From the NCBI GenBank assembly GCA_043821645.1, contig JBDRCO010000068.1, positions 96,001 through 160,000 of the forward strand: 64,000 bases of DNA, read 5' to 3'. The DNA comes from Pseudomonadota bacterium. GTDB lineage: Bacteria > Myxococcota > JACRCW01 > JAFGSX01. Shown here in pieces: positions 1 to 9,090 of the stretch. The position numbers and the translations under genes are program-made. The notes under the pieces were generated by a model. The model saw only the letters and a program-made list of their open reading frames with translations, had not been told where the DNA came from and did not search any database. Each line of letters opens with the position of its first letter. Position 1 is the stretch's first letter.

Positions 1-2
1 AT

Positions 3-1262
3 GGCTACCGCACCGGCATCGCCGAGAATGCCAGCGAGGCGCTGACCAGGTTGCGCGACGAGCACTGGGATGTCGTGCTGCTGGACATCAAGATGCCGGG
101 CATGGACGGCATCGAGCTGCTGGGGCGGATCCGCAGCATCGATCCCGAGCTGACCGTGATCATGATCACGGCCTTTGCGGCGGTGGACACGGCGGTGCAG
201 GCACTCAAGATGGGCGCCTTTGACTACGTGACCAAGCCCATCGATCCCGACGAGCTCAGCCACCTGGTACGGCGAGCCGCCGAGCAGCGTTCCCTCAAGA
301 GCGACAACGCCCGGCTGCGCAGCCATGTCGACAAGCTGATCACACCCCAGGAGATCGTGGGCGACAGCGAGGGCATGCGCAAGGTCATGGAGATGGTGCG
401 CTCGGTGGCCGAGACCGAGGCCACGGTGCTGATCCGCGGCGAGAGCGGCACCGGCAAGGAGCTCATCGCCCAGGCCATTCACGCCAACAGCGCACGGCGC
501 TACTTCCCCATCGTGCCCGTCAACTGCGGTGCCCTGGCCGACGGGCTGCTGGAGAGCGAGCTGTTTGGGCATGAGAAGGGGGCCTTCACCGGAGCCCAGT
601 ACCGGCGCAAGGGCAAGTTCGAGATGGCCGACGGGGGCACGCTGTTTCTCGACGAGATAGGCACCGTGCAGCCACGAACCCAGGTCGAGCTGCTGCGGGT
701 GCTGGAGACCCGGGAGCTGACGCGGGTCGGTGGCACAAAGCCGCTGCGGGTGGACCTGAGGTTGATCTGCGCCACCAACCACAATCTCGAGCAGATGGTC
801 GAGCAGGGTCAATTTCGCGAGGACCTGTACTTTCGCATCAACGTGGTCAGCATCGTCATCCCGCCCCTGCGCGAGAGGCGCCAGGACATCCCGCTGCTGG
901 CCCAGCACTTTTTGCGCCACTACAACCTGGCCATGAATCGCGGCTTTCAGCAGATCGATCCTGCGGCCATGGACGCCCTGGTGCAGTACGACTGGCCAGG
1001 CAACGTGCGCGAGCTGGCCAACGCCATCGAGCGGGCTCTGGTGGTCGGCCGGGCCCCCGCGGTGCGCATCGAGGACCTGCCCTTGAAGCTGGGCGAGGAC
1101 CCCAGACCGCCCACCGGCGACTCCCTGGCCGAGGTCGAGCAGGCCCACATCGCCCAGGTTCTCGAGCGCCTGGACTGGAACATCAGTCGCGCCGCCGAGG
1201 CCCTCAAGATCGACCGCGCCACCCTGTACAACAAGATCAAGAAGTACGGGCTTCGCGATTAA
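3..1262 (+). CDS. Sigma54-dependent (NtrC-family) response regulator, 5'-truncated by the window edge
   Basis: Receiver ([11 protein letters not shown]), AAA+ Walker [15 protein letters not shown] loop, FLDEIG, C-terminal Fis-type HTH; the frame is open from position 3. Confidence 0.95.
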   Translation, partial: GYRTGIAENASEALTRLRDEHWDVVLLDIKMPGMDGIELLGRIRSIDPELTVIMITAFAAVDTAVQALKMGAFDYVTKPIDPDELSHLVRRAAEQRSLKSDNARLRSHVDKLITPQEIVGDSEGMRKVMEMVRSVAETEATVLIRGESGTGKELIAQAIHANSARRYFPIVPVNCGALADGLLESELFGHEKGAFTGAQYRRKGKFEMADGGTLFLDEIGTVQPRTQVELLRVLETRELTRVGGTKPLRVDLRLICATNHNLEQMVEQGQFREDLYFRINVVSIVIPPLRERRQDIPLLAQHFLRHYNLAMNRGFQQIDPAAMDALVQYDWPGNVRELANAIERALVVGRAPAVRIEDLPLKLGEDPRPPTGDSLAEVEQAHIAQVLERLDWNISRAAEALKIDRATLYNKIKKYGLRD

Positions 1263-1265
1263 GAC

Positions 1266-1796
1266 ATGCAGCTGCAGCTGGTCCCCGTTCATTTCCTGTC
1301 GCTCCCGGGTCGCCTGCAGCGGGTGACCCACCAGCTCGAAGCTGTGTATGGCCTGCAAGTCGAGCAGGTCGCACCCTGGTTCGATCCCGAGGCGGTCTAC
1401 GATCCCGAGCGGGGTCAGTACAACGCCCTGGGTCTGCTGAGCGTGCTGCTGCAGCGGCAGGGCACGCATCCCGGGCGCGTGCTGGCCGTCACCGCGGTGG
1501 ACCTGTTCATCCCGGTGCTGACCTATGTCTTCGGAGAAGCACAGCTCGACGGGCCCGCGGCGGTGGTATCGAGCCGGCGCCTGGATCCACAGGCCTATGG
1601 CCTGGCCGCCGACGAGGCCCTGCTCCAGCGCCGACTGGAGGTCGAGGCCGTGCACGAGATCGGTCACACCTTTGGGCTGCGACACTGCTTTGGCCCGCGC
1701 TGCGCCATGCGCGGCGCGACCTACGCCGAGGAGATCGACCTCAAGGATGCGACGCTGTGCAGCGAGTGCCGCCAGCAGCTGGCAGGTCGGCCCTGA
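1266..1796 (+). CDS. Archaemetzincin-family Zn metalloprotease
   Basis: HEIGHTFGLRHC zinc motif, then CxM and CxxC; VFGEAQL motif. Confidence 0.9.
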   Translation: MQLQLVPVHFLSLPGRLQRVTHQLEAVYGLQVEQVAPWFDPEAVYDPERGQYNALGLLSVLLQRQGTHPGRVLAVTAVDLFIPVLTYVFGEAQLDGPAAVVSSRRLDPQAYGLAADEALLQRRLEVEAVHEIGHTFGLRHCFGPRCAMRGATYAEEIDLKDATLCSECRQQLAGRP

Positions 1797-1811
1797 TCAC
1801 TGGCCAGGGCA

Positions 1812-3206
1812 TCAGGTCGGCGCAGCGTGTTCGTCGAGCAAACACTGACCCACTGCAGCACCCAGCGGTGGCAAGCCGTCCGCCACGCGGGCCACGTCGC
1901 GCGAGATCCGCATCGAACAGAACTTGGGCCCGCACATCGAGCAGAACTCGGCGGTCTTGAAGGCGCTGTGAGCCAGGGTGCGATCGTGCATGGCGCGCGC
2001 GCGCTCGGGATCGAAGCTCATGGCGAACTGGGTGTCCCAGTCAAAGCCGTAGCGTGCACGGCTCATGGTGTCGTCGCGGTCCCGGGCGCCTGGCCTGTGC
2101 CTGGCCACGTCGGCAGCGTGGGCCGCGATCTTGTGGGCGACGATTCCCTGCCGTACATCCTCGAGGTCGGGCAACCCGAGATGCTCGCGCGGCGTCACGT
2201 AGCAGAGCATGGCGGCGCCATGCATACCGGCCAGGGCGCCACCGATGGCACTGGTGATGTGGTCGTAGCCGGCGCCCACGTCGGTGGGCAGGGGACCGAG
2301 CAGGTAAAACGGTGCGCCGTGGCACAGCTCGACCTGCATGCGCACGTTGCGTTCGATCTGATCCAGGGGCACATGGCCGGGCCCCTCGATCATGACCTGT
2401 ACGTCCTTGTCCCAGGCGCGCAAGGTGAGCTCGCCCAGGGTGCGCAGCTCGGCAAACTGCGCGGCGTCGCTGGCGTCGGCCAGGGAGCCCGGACGCAGAC
2501 CGTCGCCCAGGGACAGCGCCACGTCGTGACGGCGGCAGATCTCGAGCAATTCGTCGAAGTGCGCGTACAGCGGGTTCTCCTGGCGGTGGGTCATCATCCA
2601 CTGCGCCATCAGCGACCCGCCACGGCTGACGATACCGGTCAGGCGGTCCTTCACCAGGGGCATGTGCTGCCACAGGATGCCGCAGTGCACGGTCATGTAA
2701 TCGACGCCCTGGGCAGCCTGGGCCTCGATGACCTCGAGCAGCAGCTCGGCGCTGAGGTCCATGGGGTCCTCGACCCGCTCGATGGCCTCGTAGATCGGCA
2801 CCGTGCCAATGGGCACGCTCGACGCACGCAGGATGGCCTCGCGGATCTCGGGGATGCCGGGGCCCGTCGACAGGTCCATCACGGTGTCGGCACCGTACTG
2901 AACCGCGACCTGGAGTTTCTTCACTTCCTCGTCGAGCGAACTGGATACCCGCGACGAGCCGATGTTCGCATTGACCTTGCAGTGCGTGGCCACGCCGATA
3001 CCAATGGGCTCGCACTCGGGGTGGTTGACGTTGGCAGGGATGATCAGGCGGCCACGTGCCACCTCGTCGCGCACCAGGGTGGGGACGAGACCCTCGCGCC
3101 CGGCCACCAGCGCCATCTCCTCGGTGATCAGTCCCTGCCGGGCATAATGCATCTGGGTGCGCACGGCATGATCTCGACGGGGAGCAATCCAGGCAGCACG
3201 GGACAT
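1812..3206 (-). CDS. thiC: Phosphomethylpyrimidine synthase ThiC
   Basis: [51 protein letters not shown] Fe-S motif; ATG at 3206 has an AAGGAG RBS. Confidence 0.97.
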   Translation of the reverse strand: MSRAAWIAPRRDHAVRTQMHYARQGLITEEMALVAGREGLVPTLVRDEVARGRLIIPANVNHPECEPIGIGVATHCKVNANIGSSRVSSSLDEEVKKLQVAVQYGADTVMDLSTGPGIPEIREAILRASSVPIGTVPIYEAIERVEDPMDLSAELLLEVIEAQAAQGVDYMTVHCGILWQHMPLVKDRLTGIVSRGGSLMAQWMMTHRQENPLYAHFDELLEICRRHDVALSLGDGLRPGSLADASDAAQFAELRTLGELTLRAWDKDVQVMIEGPGHVPLDQIERNVRMQVELCHGAPFYLLGPLPTDVGAGYDHITSAIGGALAGMHGAAMLCYVTPREHLGLPDLEDVRQGIVAHKIAAHAADVARHRPGARDRDDTMSRARYGFDWDTQFAMSFDPERARAMHDRTLAHSAFKTAEFCSMCGPKFCSMRISRDVARVADGLPPLGAAVGQCLLDEHAAPT

Positions 3207-3376
3207 CGCGAACTCCTTGGACAAAGAGGGGCGCATCATAGCGCCCGAGGCTCCGTCGTCAACGCGCGCAGGGTGCGGGTGCGGTCTCTTTTTGAGCACC
3301 GGCCACCCCGAGGACAGGTGCGCGGCTTTAGGCGGGTGCTATCCTGGGGTCACCGTGCCGTGCAGGAGGCCCGCGG

Positions 3377-4297
3377 GTGGCTGACAGGGGAGCACCACAC
3401 ACGCTAGGGACGCAGGCCCTGCTCTGGGCGCTGCTGCTCACGGGCGGCTGCGTCGGCTGTGACCCCGAGCAAGCGCTGCTGCTCGTCAGCGCCGGGGCCC
3501 ACCACTCCTGCGCCATCGGCCCGTCGCAGGCCATCACCTGCTGGGGCGACGAGGGCATCGACGACAGCCTGGCCGCTCCCCAGGGTTCGTTCCTTGCGCT
3601 CGCTGCCGGCGCCAAGCACAGCTGCGCCCTCGACCTCGAGCATGCGATCCATTGCTGGGGCAGTGACGACAAGGGTCAATCCACGCCCCCGGTGTCGTCC
3701 TATGACGACGTGTTTGCCGGCGCGCGTTTCACCTGCGGACTGGCAAGCGACGGCCGCGCCTCGTGCTGGGGCGAGGATCGCGATGGCGTACTGGATCCAC
3801 CCTCCGAACCGCTGGTTCGCGGATCCGCTGGCGAGACCCACGCCTGTGCCATTCGTCAGAGCGATGCGTCCCTGGTGTGCTGGGGCAGCAATCGTTACGG
3901 CGAGAGCAGCCCCCCCGCCGGGCGCTTCCTCGACGTGGCGGTGGGGGCTTTTCACGGCTGCGGCCTGCGCGAGGACCGCATCCTCGTGTGCTGGGGCGCC
4001 AATTTTCACGACCAGGCGACGCCACCCACTGGCCGCTACGTGCAGGTCGTGGCCGGGCACTCCCACGGTTGTGCCCGGGACGAGCAGGGGCAGGTCGCGT
4101 GCTGGGGCTGGAGCCAGTATGACCAGTCCCGGGATCCGGGCGAGACCTTCACGCAGCTCGCCGCCGGGAGCAATCACAACTGCGGCTGGACAGACGACCG
4201 CAGGGTGCTGTGCTGGGGAGCGGGCGAGATCTACGGCTTTTGCGACGACACGCGCTGGGAATGCGGGCAGGCGCTGCCCCCCGACGAGGTCCCGTGA
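3377..4297 (+). CDS. RCC1-repeat (beta-propeller) secreted or lipoprotein
   Basis: About seven repeats of AGxxHxCxLxxxGxxxCWG; hydrophobic N-terminal segment ending in Cys. Confidence 0.85.
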   Translation: MADRGAPHTLGTQALLWALLLTGGCVGCDPEQALLLVSAGAHHSCAIGPSQAITCWGDEGIDDSLAAPQGSFLALAAGAKHSCALDLEHAIHCWGSDDKGQSTPPVSSYDDVFAGARFTCGLASDGRASCWGEDRDGVLDPPSEPLVRGSAGETHACAIRQSDASLVCWGSNRYGESSPPAGRFLDVAVGAFHGCGLREDRILVCWGANFHDQATPPTGRYVQVVAGHSHGCARDEQGQVACWGWSQYDQSRDPGETFTQLAAGSNHNCGWTDDRRVLCWGAGEIYGFCDDTRWECGQALPPDEVP

Positions 4298-4410
4298 GCG
4301 AACCGTGCATCCCTCCACCAGCGGCGACTCGGGCTTGCCTTCACCCTCAGAACCGGGCACAAAGCAGCGTGGATACCATGACGACCGCGGGGAGCGGGTG
4401 AGGGGGTGAG

Positions 4411-5103
4411 ATGAACCAAGAACACCTGGAATTGCTACGCAAGGTGTCGTTCCTGAATCAGCTCGGCACCGAGGAGCTGGACCGACTGGCCTCGCGCCTG
4501 GTCGAGCGCACCTTCCGCCGCGACGTGGTGGTTGTGCGGGCGGACGATCCGGGCGACAGCATGTTCTTCATCGCCGGCGGCCAGGCCAAGGTGGTGCTGA
4601 CCGCGGGCGGCGGCCGAGAGGTCATCCTGGCCACCCTGGGTGCTGGCGACTTCTTTGGCGAGATGAGCATCCTCGACGGACGGCCGCGCTCTGCCACGGT
4701 GCTTTCCATCACCGAGAGCCGCATGCTCGTGCTCACCCGCGAGGCAATGATCGACCTCATACGCAACACGCCCGAGATCGCACTGGCCCTGCTGGCCGAG
4801 ATGAGTGCCCGGTTGCGCCGGGCCGACGAGGCCATCGCCAACCTGGCCCTGGTCGACGTGTATGGCCGCGTGGCGCGCTACCTGATCGACGAGGCCAAGC
4901 GCAGCGGCCGCCCGGTGGAGAGCGGGACCTTGCTGCGCAGCCGTCCCACCCAGCAGCACATCGCCAGCACCATCGGCACCAGCCGCGAGACCGTGAGCCG
5001 CGCCCTGAGCGATCTCAAGCGCCGCGGTCTCGTCGTCACCCGCGGGCGCGACATCATCGTGATGCCCAGCCTCTACGATCAGGTCCCTGCCGCGGGCGCG
5101 TAG
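4411..5103 (+). CDS. Crp/Fnr-family transcriptional regulator
   Basis: cNMP-binding FFGEMS...PRSATV and HTH IGTSRETVSR. Confidence 0.95.
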   Translation: MNQEHLELLRKVSFLNQLGTEELDRLASRLVERTFRRDVVVVRADDPGDSMFFIAGGQAKVVLTAGGGREVILATLGAGDFFGEMSILDGRPRSATVLSITESRMLVLTREAMIDLIRNTPEIALALLAEMSARLRRADEAIANLALVDVYGRVARYLIDEAKRSGRPVESGTLLRSRPTQQHIASTIGTSRETVSRALSDLKRRGLVVTRGRDIIVMPSLYDQVPAAGA

Positions 5104-5115
5104 CCCACACCTTTC

Positions 5116-6315
5116 ATGAGTTCCCAGGACGATCCCTCGACTCTCGATGGCCCGCTCATCGCGGATCGCTATCGTCTGGGCCGGCTGCTGGGCGAGGGCG
5201 GCCAGGGCAGCACCTTTTTGGGCTTCGACCGCAAGCAGAACTGCGAGGTTGCGATCAAGGCCTTCGCCATGGGCCGCGCGGCCGCCTGGAAGCAGTTCGA
5301 CCTGTTTGAGCGCGAGTGCAAGGTGCTGCGCAACCTCGAACATCCGCGCATTCCCCGCTACTTCGACGAGCTGCGTTCCGAGGATGGGGCAACCTATTAC
5401 CTGGTCATGCAGCACATCCCCGGCGAGAGCCTGCGCGTGAGGCTGCGCCGCGATGGTGCGCTGTCCGAGGCCGAGCTGTGGCAGGTGCTGTGGCAGCTCA
5501 GCGACGTGCTGGCCTACCTGCACGGCCGCTCGCCGCCGGTGGTACACCGCGACATCAAGCCCCACAACCTGGTGCGCCGGCCCGATGGCGAGATCGCTCT
5601 GGTCGACTTCGGTGGCGTGCGTACGGCGCTGCGCAGCGACGGCAACTCGACGGTGGTGGGCACCTTTGGCTACATGGCACCCGAGCAATTACACGGTGCC
5701 GCGACCCCGGCCACGGACATGTACGGCCTCGGCGCCACCCTGATCGCGCTGGGCACGGCGATGGAGCCCGAGCACCTGCCGCGCCAGGGCCTGCGCATCG
5801 ATTTCAGCGAGCACCTGAGCGTGTCACCCAAGTTGCAGCGGGTGCTGCGCCGCCTCGTCGAGCCGGAGCCTGCCGCCCGGCCCGCGTCGGGGGTGGCCCT
5901 GCAGCAGCTGCTCGAAACAGGTCTGGATGAGGTCGAGGAGGTCCAGGTTGCCGCGGTCCCGGCGGATACCTCGGGGATCCCGAGCTTGCCCGAGGACATC
6001 CCGCCGCAGGTCGGGGTCGTGGTCGGCGTGCTGCTGACCGCCGGCGGCGTGCTCGGTGGCGTCCTCGTGTCCCTGCTCGATCTCATCTTCGTACCGCTGG
6101 TGTTCGCCCTGATCGCCATCTTCGCGGGCAAGGACCGCAAACCCATGCTCACCGAGCAACAGCACAAGGTGCGCGGTGCGCTGGGTGAAGCCGGCCAGGG
6201 CTTGCGCCAGCTCACCTCGCGCGGCGTGCAGGACTTCAGGAAGCAGCGGGCGCTGCTCCCCGAGCATAGACCGGGGCGGCGAGGGCGAGGCCGAGGGCGG
6301 TTCAAGGGACGCTAG
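5116..6315 (+). CDS. Hanks-type Ser/Thr protein kinase with C-terminal membrane segments
   Basis: LGEGGQG, VAIK, HRDIKPHN, DFG, GTFGYMAPEQ; hydrophobic C-terminal helices. Confidence 0.95.
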   Translation: MSSQDDPSTLDGPLIADRYRLGRLLGEGGQGSTFLGFDRKQNCEVAIKAFAMGRAAAWKQFDLFERECKVLRNLEHPRIPRYFDELRSEDGATYYLVMQHIPGESLRVRLRRDGALSEAELWQVLWQLSDVLAYLHGRSPPVVHRDIKPHNLVRRPDGEIALVDFGGVRTALRSDGNSTVVGTFGYMAPEQLHGAATPATDMYGLGATLIALGTAMEPEHLPRQGLRIDFSEHLSVSPKLQRVLRRLVEPEPAARPASGVALQQLLETGLDEVEEVQVAAVPADTSGIPSLPEDIPPQVGVVVGVLLTAGGVLGGVLVSLLDLIFVPLVFALIAIFAGKDRKPMLTEQQHKVRGALGEAGQGLRQLTSRGVQDFRKQRALLPEHRPGRRGRGRGRFKGR

Positions 6316-6324
6316 CGCCGGGTC

Positions 6325-7275
6325 CTATTTTTTTTCGGGTTGCAGGGCCTTCTCGACCGCGCGCAGCCCCTCGCGCAAGCCCTTCTCGATCATGTGCAGC
6401 AGGTCGCGCACGAAGTGCTCCCAGTCCGAGATGTCTGCCTCGGGTCTGTAGCCCTGAGCGGGCTCGGGGGCACTGCCTGCGGCCACGCGAGTGAGCTGGT
6501 TGGCGCGAACCTTGACGCCGGTGTTGTGACCCACGCCGCGCACCGCCACCTCGCCGCGCATCACCCTGACCTCGGTGACGTTGGCCCTGTTTTCCACCAC
6601 GAAGGAGGTCCCCAGAACGTCGGCAATGCCGTGCCGGGTGCGGATCTGAAACGGACCGCGCTGGGCTTCCACCTCGGCCCAGACCTTGCCCCGCTGGAGT
6701 TCCACCCGCTCGCCCCGGGCAGAAAGGACCAGCGCGCTATCCGGGTAGACGCGCAGGGTCCCGCCACGCTCCAGCGTCACCTCGGCCACTCCCTCCCGGG
6801 CCACGGTGAGCACCTGGCCTGAGAGGATCACTGCATCCGCAGTCACCGGGGCGCCTTGCACCCTGGCCTTGACCGCTCGCACGATGGTCGCAGCTTTGAC
6901 CGCGGGTGTCGGTGCCGGCGCATGACCGGGCCCCTGCAGCACAAGGATCCCCACCGCCACGGCCAGGGCCACGGCAAGGGTCGCGCCCGCCAGGCGCCGC
7001 GGCTGCGCCAGCCAGCTGATCCAGCGCTCGGCAGCGGGTCGCCGCTCCGGCACACGCTCGACGCCAATGCTGCGCAGGGCCTGCTTGAGCATGCGCCTGT
7101 CCTCGACCCGGGTCGCCTGTTCGCTGTCACCGGCCAGAGCGCGGAGCAGACGCTGCTCGGCGTCGTAGAAGTCCCTGCACTCCGCGCAGGATCGCAGGTG
7201 CTGGCGGACCCGCGCCTGTTCCTCGCTGGCGAGCCCCTCGTCGAGGTAGCGCCGGATGTCTGCTCTAGGATGCAC
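6325..7275 (-). CDS. Anti-sigma factor (zf-HC2 + TM + FecR domain)
   Basis: HLRSCAEC zinc motif, one TM helix, FecR-like VLGTSFVV...VRVMRGEV; overlaps the ECF sigma gene. Confidence 0.88.
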   Translation of the reverse strand: MHPRADIRRYLDEGLASEEQARVRQHLRSCAECRDFYDAEQRLLRALAGDSEQATRVEDRRMLKQALRSIGVERVPERRPAAERWISWLAQPRRLAGATLAVALAVAVGILVLQGPGHAPAPTPAVKAATIVRAVKARVQGAPVTADAVILSGQVLTVAREGVAEVTLERGGTLRVYPDSALVLSARGERVELQRGKVWAEVEAQRGPFQIRTRHGIADVLGTSFVVENRANVTEVRVMRGEVAVRGVGHNTGVKVRANQLTRVAAGSAPEPAQGYRPEADISDWEHFVRDLLHMIEKGLREGLRAVEKALQPEKK

Positions 7276-7861
7276 GGTCCCCCTCCGACTCTGCGCCCCG
7301 CCCCAGCGCTTCGAGCAAGGCCCGATGCCGCCGGGCGCGCCCGATCAGGACGCGCTTCATGTAGCGACACCGCAGGCGGCTGATGCTCAGCCGGCTCGCG
7401 ATCTCCTCGTAGTCCAGTCCCTCGACGAAGTGCAGGGTGAAGAAACGCTGCCACTGCGGCTTGAGTCTGCTGGTGAACTCCTGCACCGCGCTCAGCAGCT
7501 GGGTCTGTTCGGCAAGGTGCTCCGGGGAGGGCTCGAGCTGCTCGGCCCGGTCCCGCAGCGCGACCTCGTCGATCTGGTCCACCGGGATGTCCCGCCTGCG
7601 CCGCAGCAGGTCGATGCAACGACGGTGGGCGATGGTCCGCAACCAGCCCCCGGTCTTGTCATAGCGATCCGGGTCCAGGGTCAGGCGCTGCTCGTACACA
7701 CGCAGCCAGATCTCCTGCAGCGCTTCCTCCTGGTCGAACAGGTTGTTGAAGTAGCGTGCCACCACCGCGCGTACCCGACCGCCCTCCGCCTGCACGAGCT
7801 GGGCAAAGGCGCTTGCGTCGCCTTGCCTGAAGTCATCGAGCAGATTCGACTGGAGCGTCAC
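7265..7861 (-). CDS. ECF RNA polymerase sigma factor
   Basis: EEALQEIWL...WLRTIAHRRCIDLLRR (region 2) and EGLDYEEIA (region 4). Confidence 0.92.
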   Translation of the reverse strand: MTLQSNLLDDFRQGDASAFAQLVQAEGGRVRAVVARYFNNLFDQEEALQEIWLRVYEQRLTLDPDRYDKTGGWLRTIAHRRCIDLLRRRRDIPVDQIDEVALRDRAEQLEPSPEHLAEQTQLLSAVQEFTSRLKPQWQRFFTLHFVEGLDYEEIASRLSISRLRCRYMKRVLIGRARRHRALLEALGRGAESEGDRAS

Positions 7862-7976
7862 CTTTCACCTGTCACTACGCGTCGAGTCCACCGCGACGAC
7901 AAAAAAATCTTGTTTCGAATCTTTGTCCCGAGATCGCGCGCGAGCCGTATGTCCTCCTAGAAGCAGGAGGTGTGAC

Positions 7977-8276
7977 ATGTTCCCTCGGCCACGGGTGCTG
8001 TGCAACGGAGAGGAGCAGCGACCTTGTCCGGGGGACAGGCTGGAGTTCGATCCTGTTTCCGGAACCCTGCGCTACTCGCGGCGCCGTCAGGCCCTGCAGC
8101 TGGTCGTCGACAGGGCCGGATCCGATGGGGAGTGCACCCTGGTCGGGGATACCTTCAGCGCCATTCAGGCCGAGGCCATGGCCTTTTTCCTGGCCCGACT
8201 CGGGAACCTGGACGGTGTCCTGCTCAGAGCTGTGGCCACGGACAGTCCCCGGGTGTCTTTTACTATGGTGAGGTGA
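7977..8276 (+). CDS. Hypothetical protein (~99 aa)
   Basis: AGGAGG RBS before ATG 7977; ends 1 nt before the next ORF. Confidence 0.55.
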   Translation: MFPRPRVLCNGEEQRPCPGDRLEFDPVSGTLRYSRRRQALQLVVDRAGSDGECTLVGDTFSAIQAEAMAFFLARLGNLDGVLLRAVATDSPRVSFTMVR

Positions 8277-8277
8277 A

Positions 8278-9060
8278 ATGATGCTGATCATGACAGGTCC
8301 AGACGACCCCCGGGACAGGCCCCCCCGCGCCACGGACGAGGGAGCTGCCACCGTCCACGATGCCGGCCCTGGTCGCAGAAAGACCATGACCTTCAATCTG
8401 CCCGCCGCTGCCTCCGCCATGTCGGCGCAGCTCGGCAAGGTGACAGAGGTTCGCATCGTGAATACGGCCTTCGGGCCAGCCAAACTGCAAGAAGCAGCCA
8501 AGGACAAGCGCTTCATGATCATGCGCAAGCTCGATAGTGCCGTGACCATGGTGCCCTACGTTGACCGCGACATGATAGGCGGTGCCTACTGCGTGGCGCA
8601 GGACAGGGCCATGACCATGGGGCCTGGCGTGATGCGCTACCCAGTGCTCGATGTGATCCCGGCGATCTTTCTCGATCTGCAAAGCCGCACCCTGATCACC
8701 AGCCAGCTCCAGGCGGCTGGCCTGACCCTGCGTTTCCCCGAGGAGGTCGATCTGACCGTCAGCGTCAGGGACGACCTCATGCGCAGCACCCTGGTGTGGT
8801 GCAACCCGGCGGCCTCTGTCTTCACCCTCGAGGGCTTTGTCCACAACCTGTTGTCCGTGCGCGCGAGCCCGCAATTCGAACGCGTCTATCTGATCGAGAT
8901 GCACGACGGCGCGCGCTATATCATGGCCCTTGAGCGCAGCATCGAGAGCGTCATCGAGCTGCATCCGTACTTCCAGCACCTCGACCAGCAGGCCGCGGTT
9001 CGACTGCGCTACCGCGACAGCGACAACACCTGGCTCGCCCCCATGCGCTCTGGAGTCTGA
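8278..9060 (+). CDS. Hypothetical protein
   Basis: 260-aa ORF with coding-like GC3 bias and a GAGG RBS; no recognised motif. Confidence 0.7.
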   Translation: MMLIMTGPDDPRDRPPRATDEGAATVHDAGPGRRKTMTFNLPAAASAMSAQLGKVTEVRIVNTAFGPAKLQEAAKDKRFMIMRKLDSAVTMVPYVDRDMIGGAYCVAQDRAMTMGPGVMRYPVLDVIPAIFLDLQSRTLITSQLQAAGLTLRFPEEVDLTVSVRDDLMRSTLVWCNPAASVFTLEGFVHNLLSVRASPQFERVYLIEMHDGARYIMALERSIESVIELHPYFQHLDQQAAVRLRYRDSDNTWLAPMRSGV

Positions 9061-9090
9061 GCCGGCACCCGCCACGATCTCTCCGCCTGC

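Noticed and set aside
3207-3376. TPP riboswitch expected upstream of thiC
   Set aside because: I could not find the conserved CUGAGA or AGGGA elements on the minus strand
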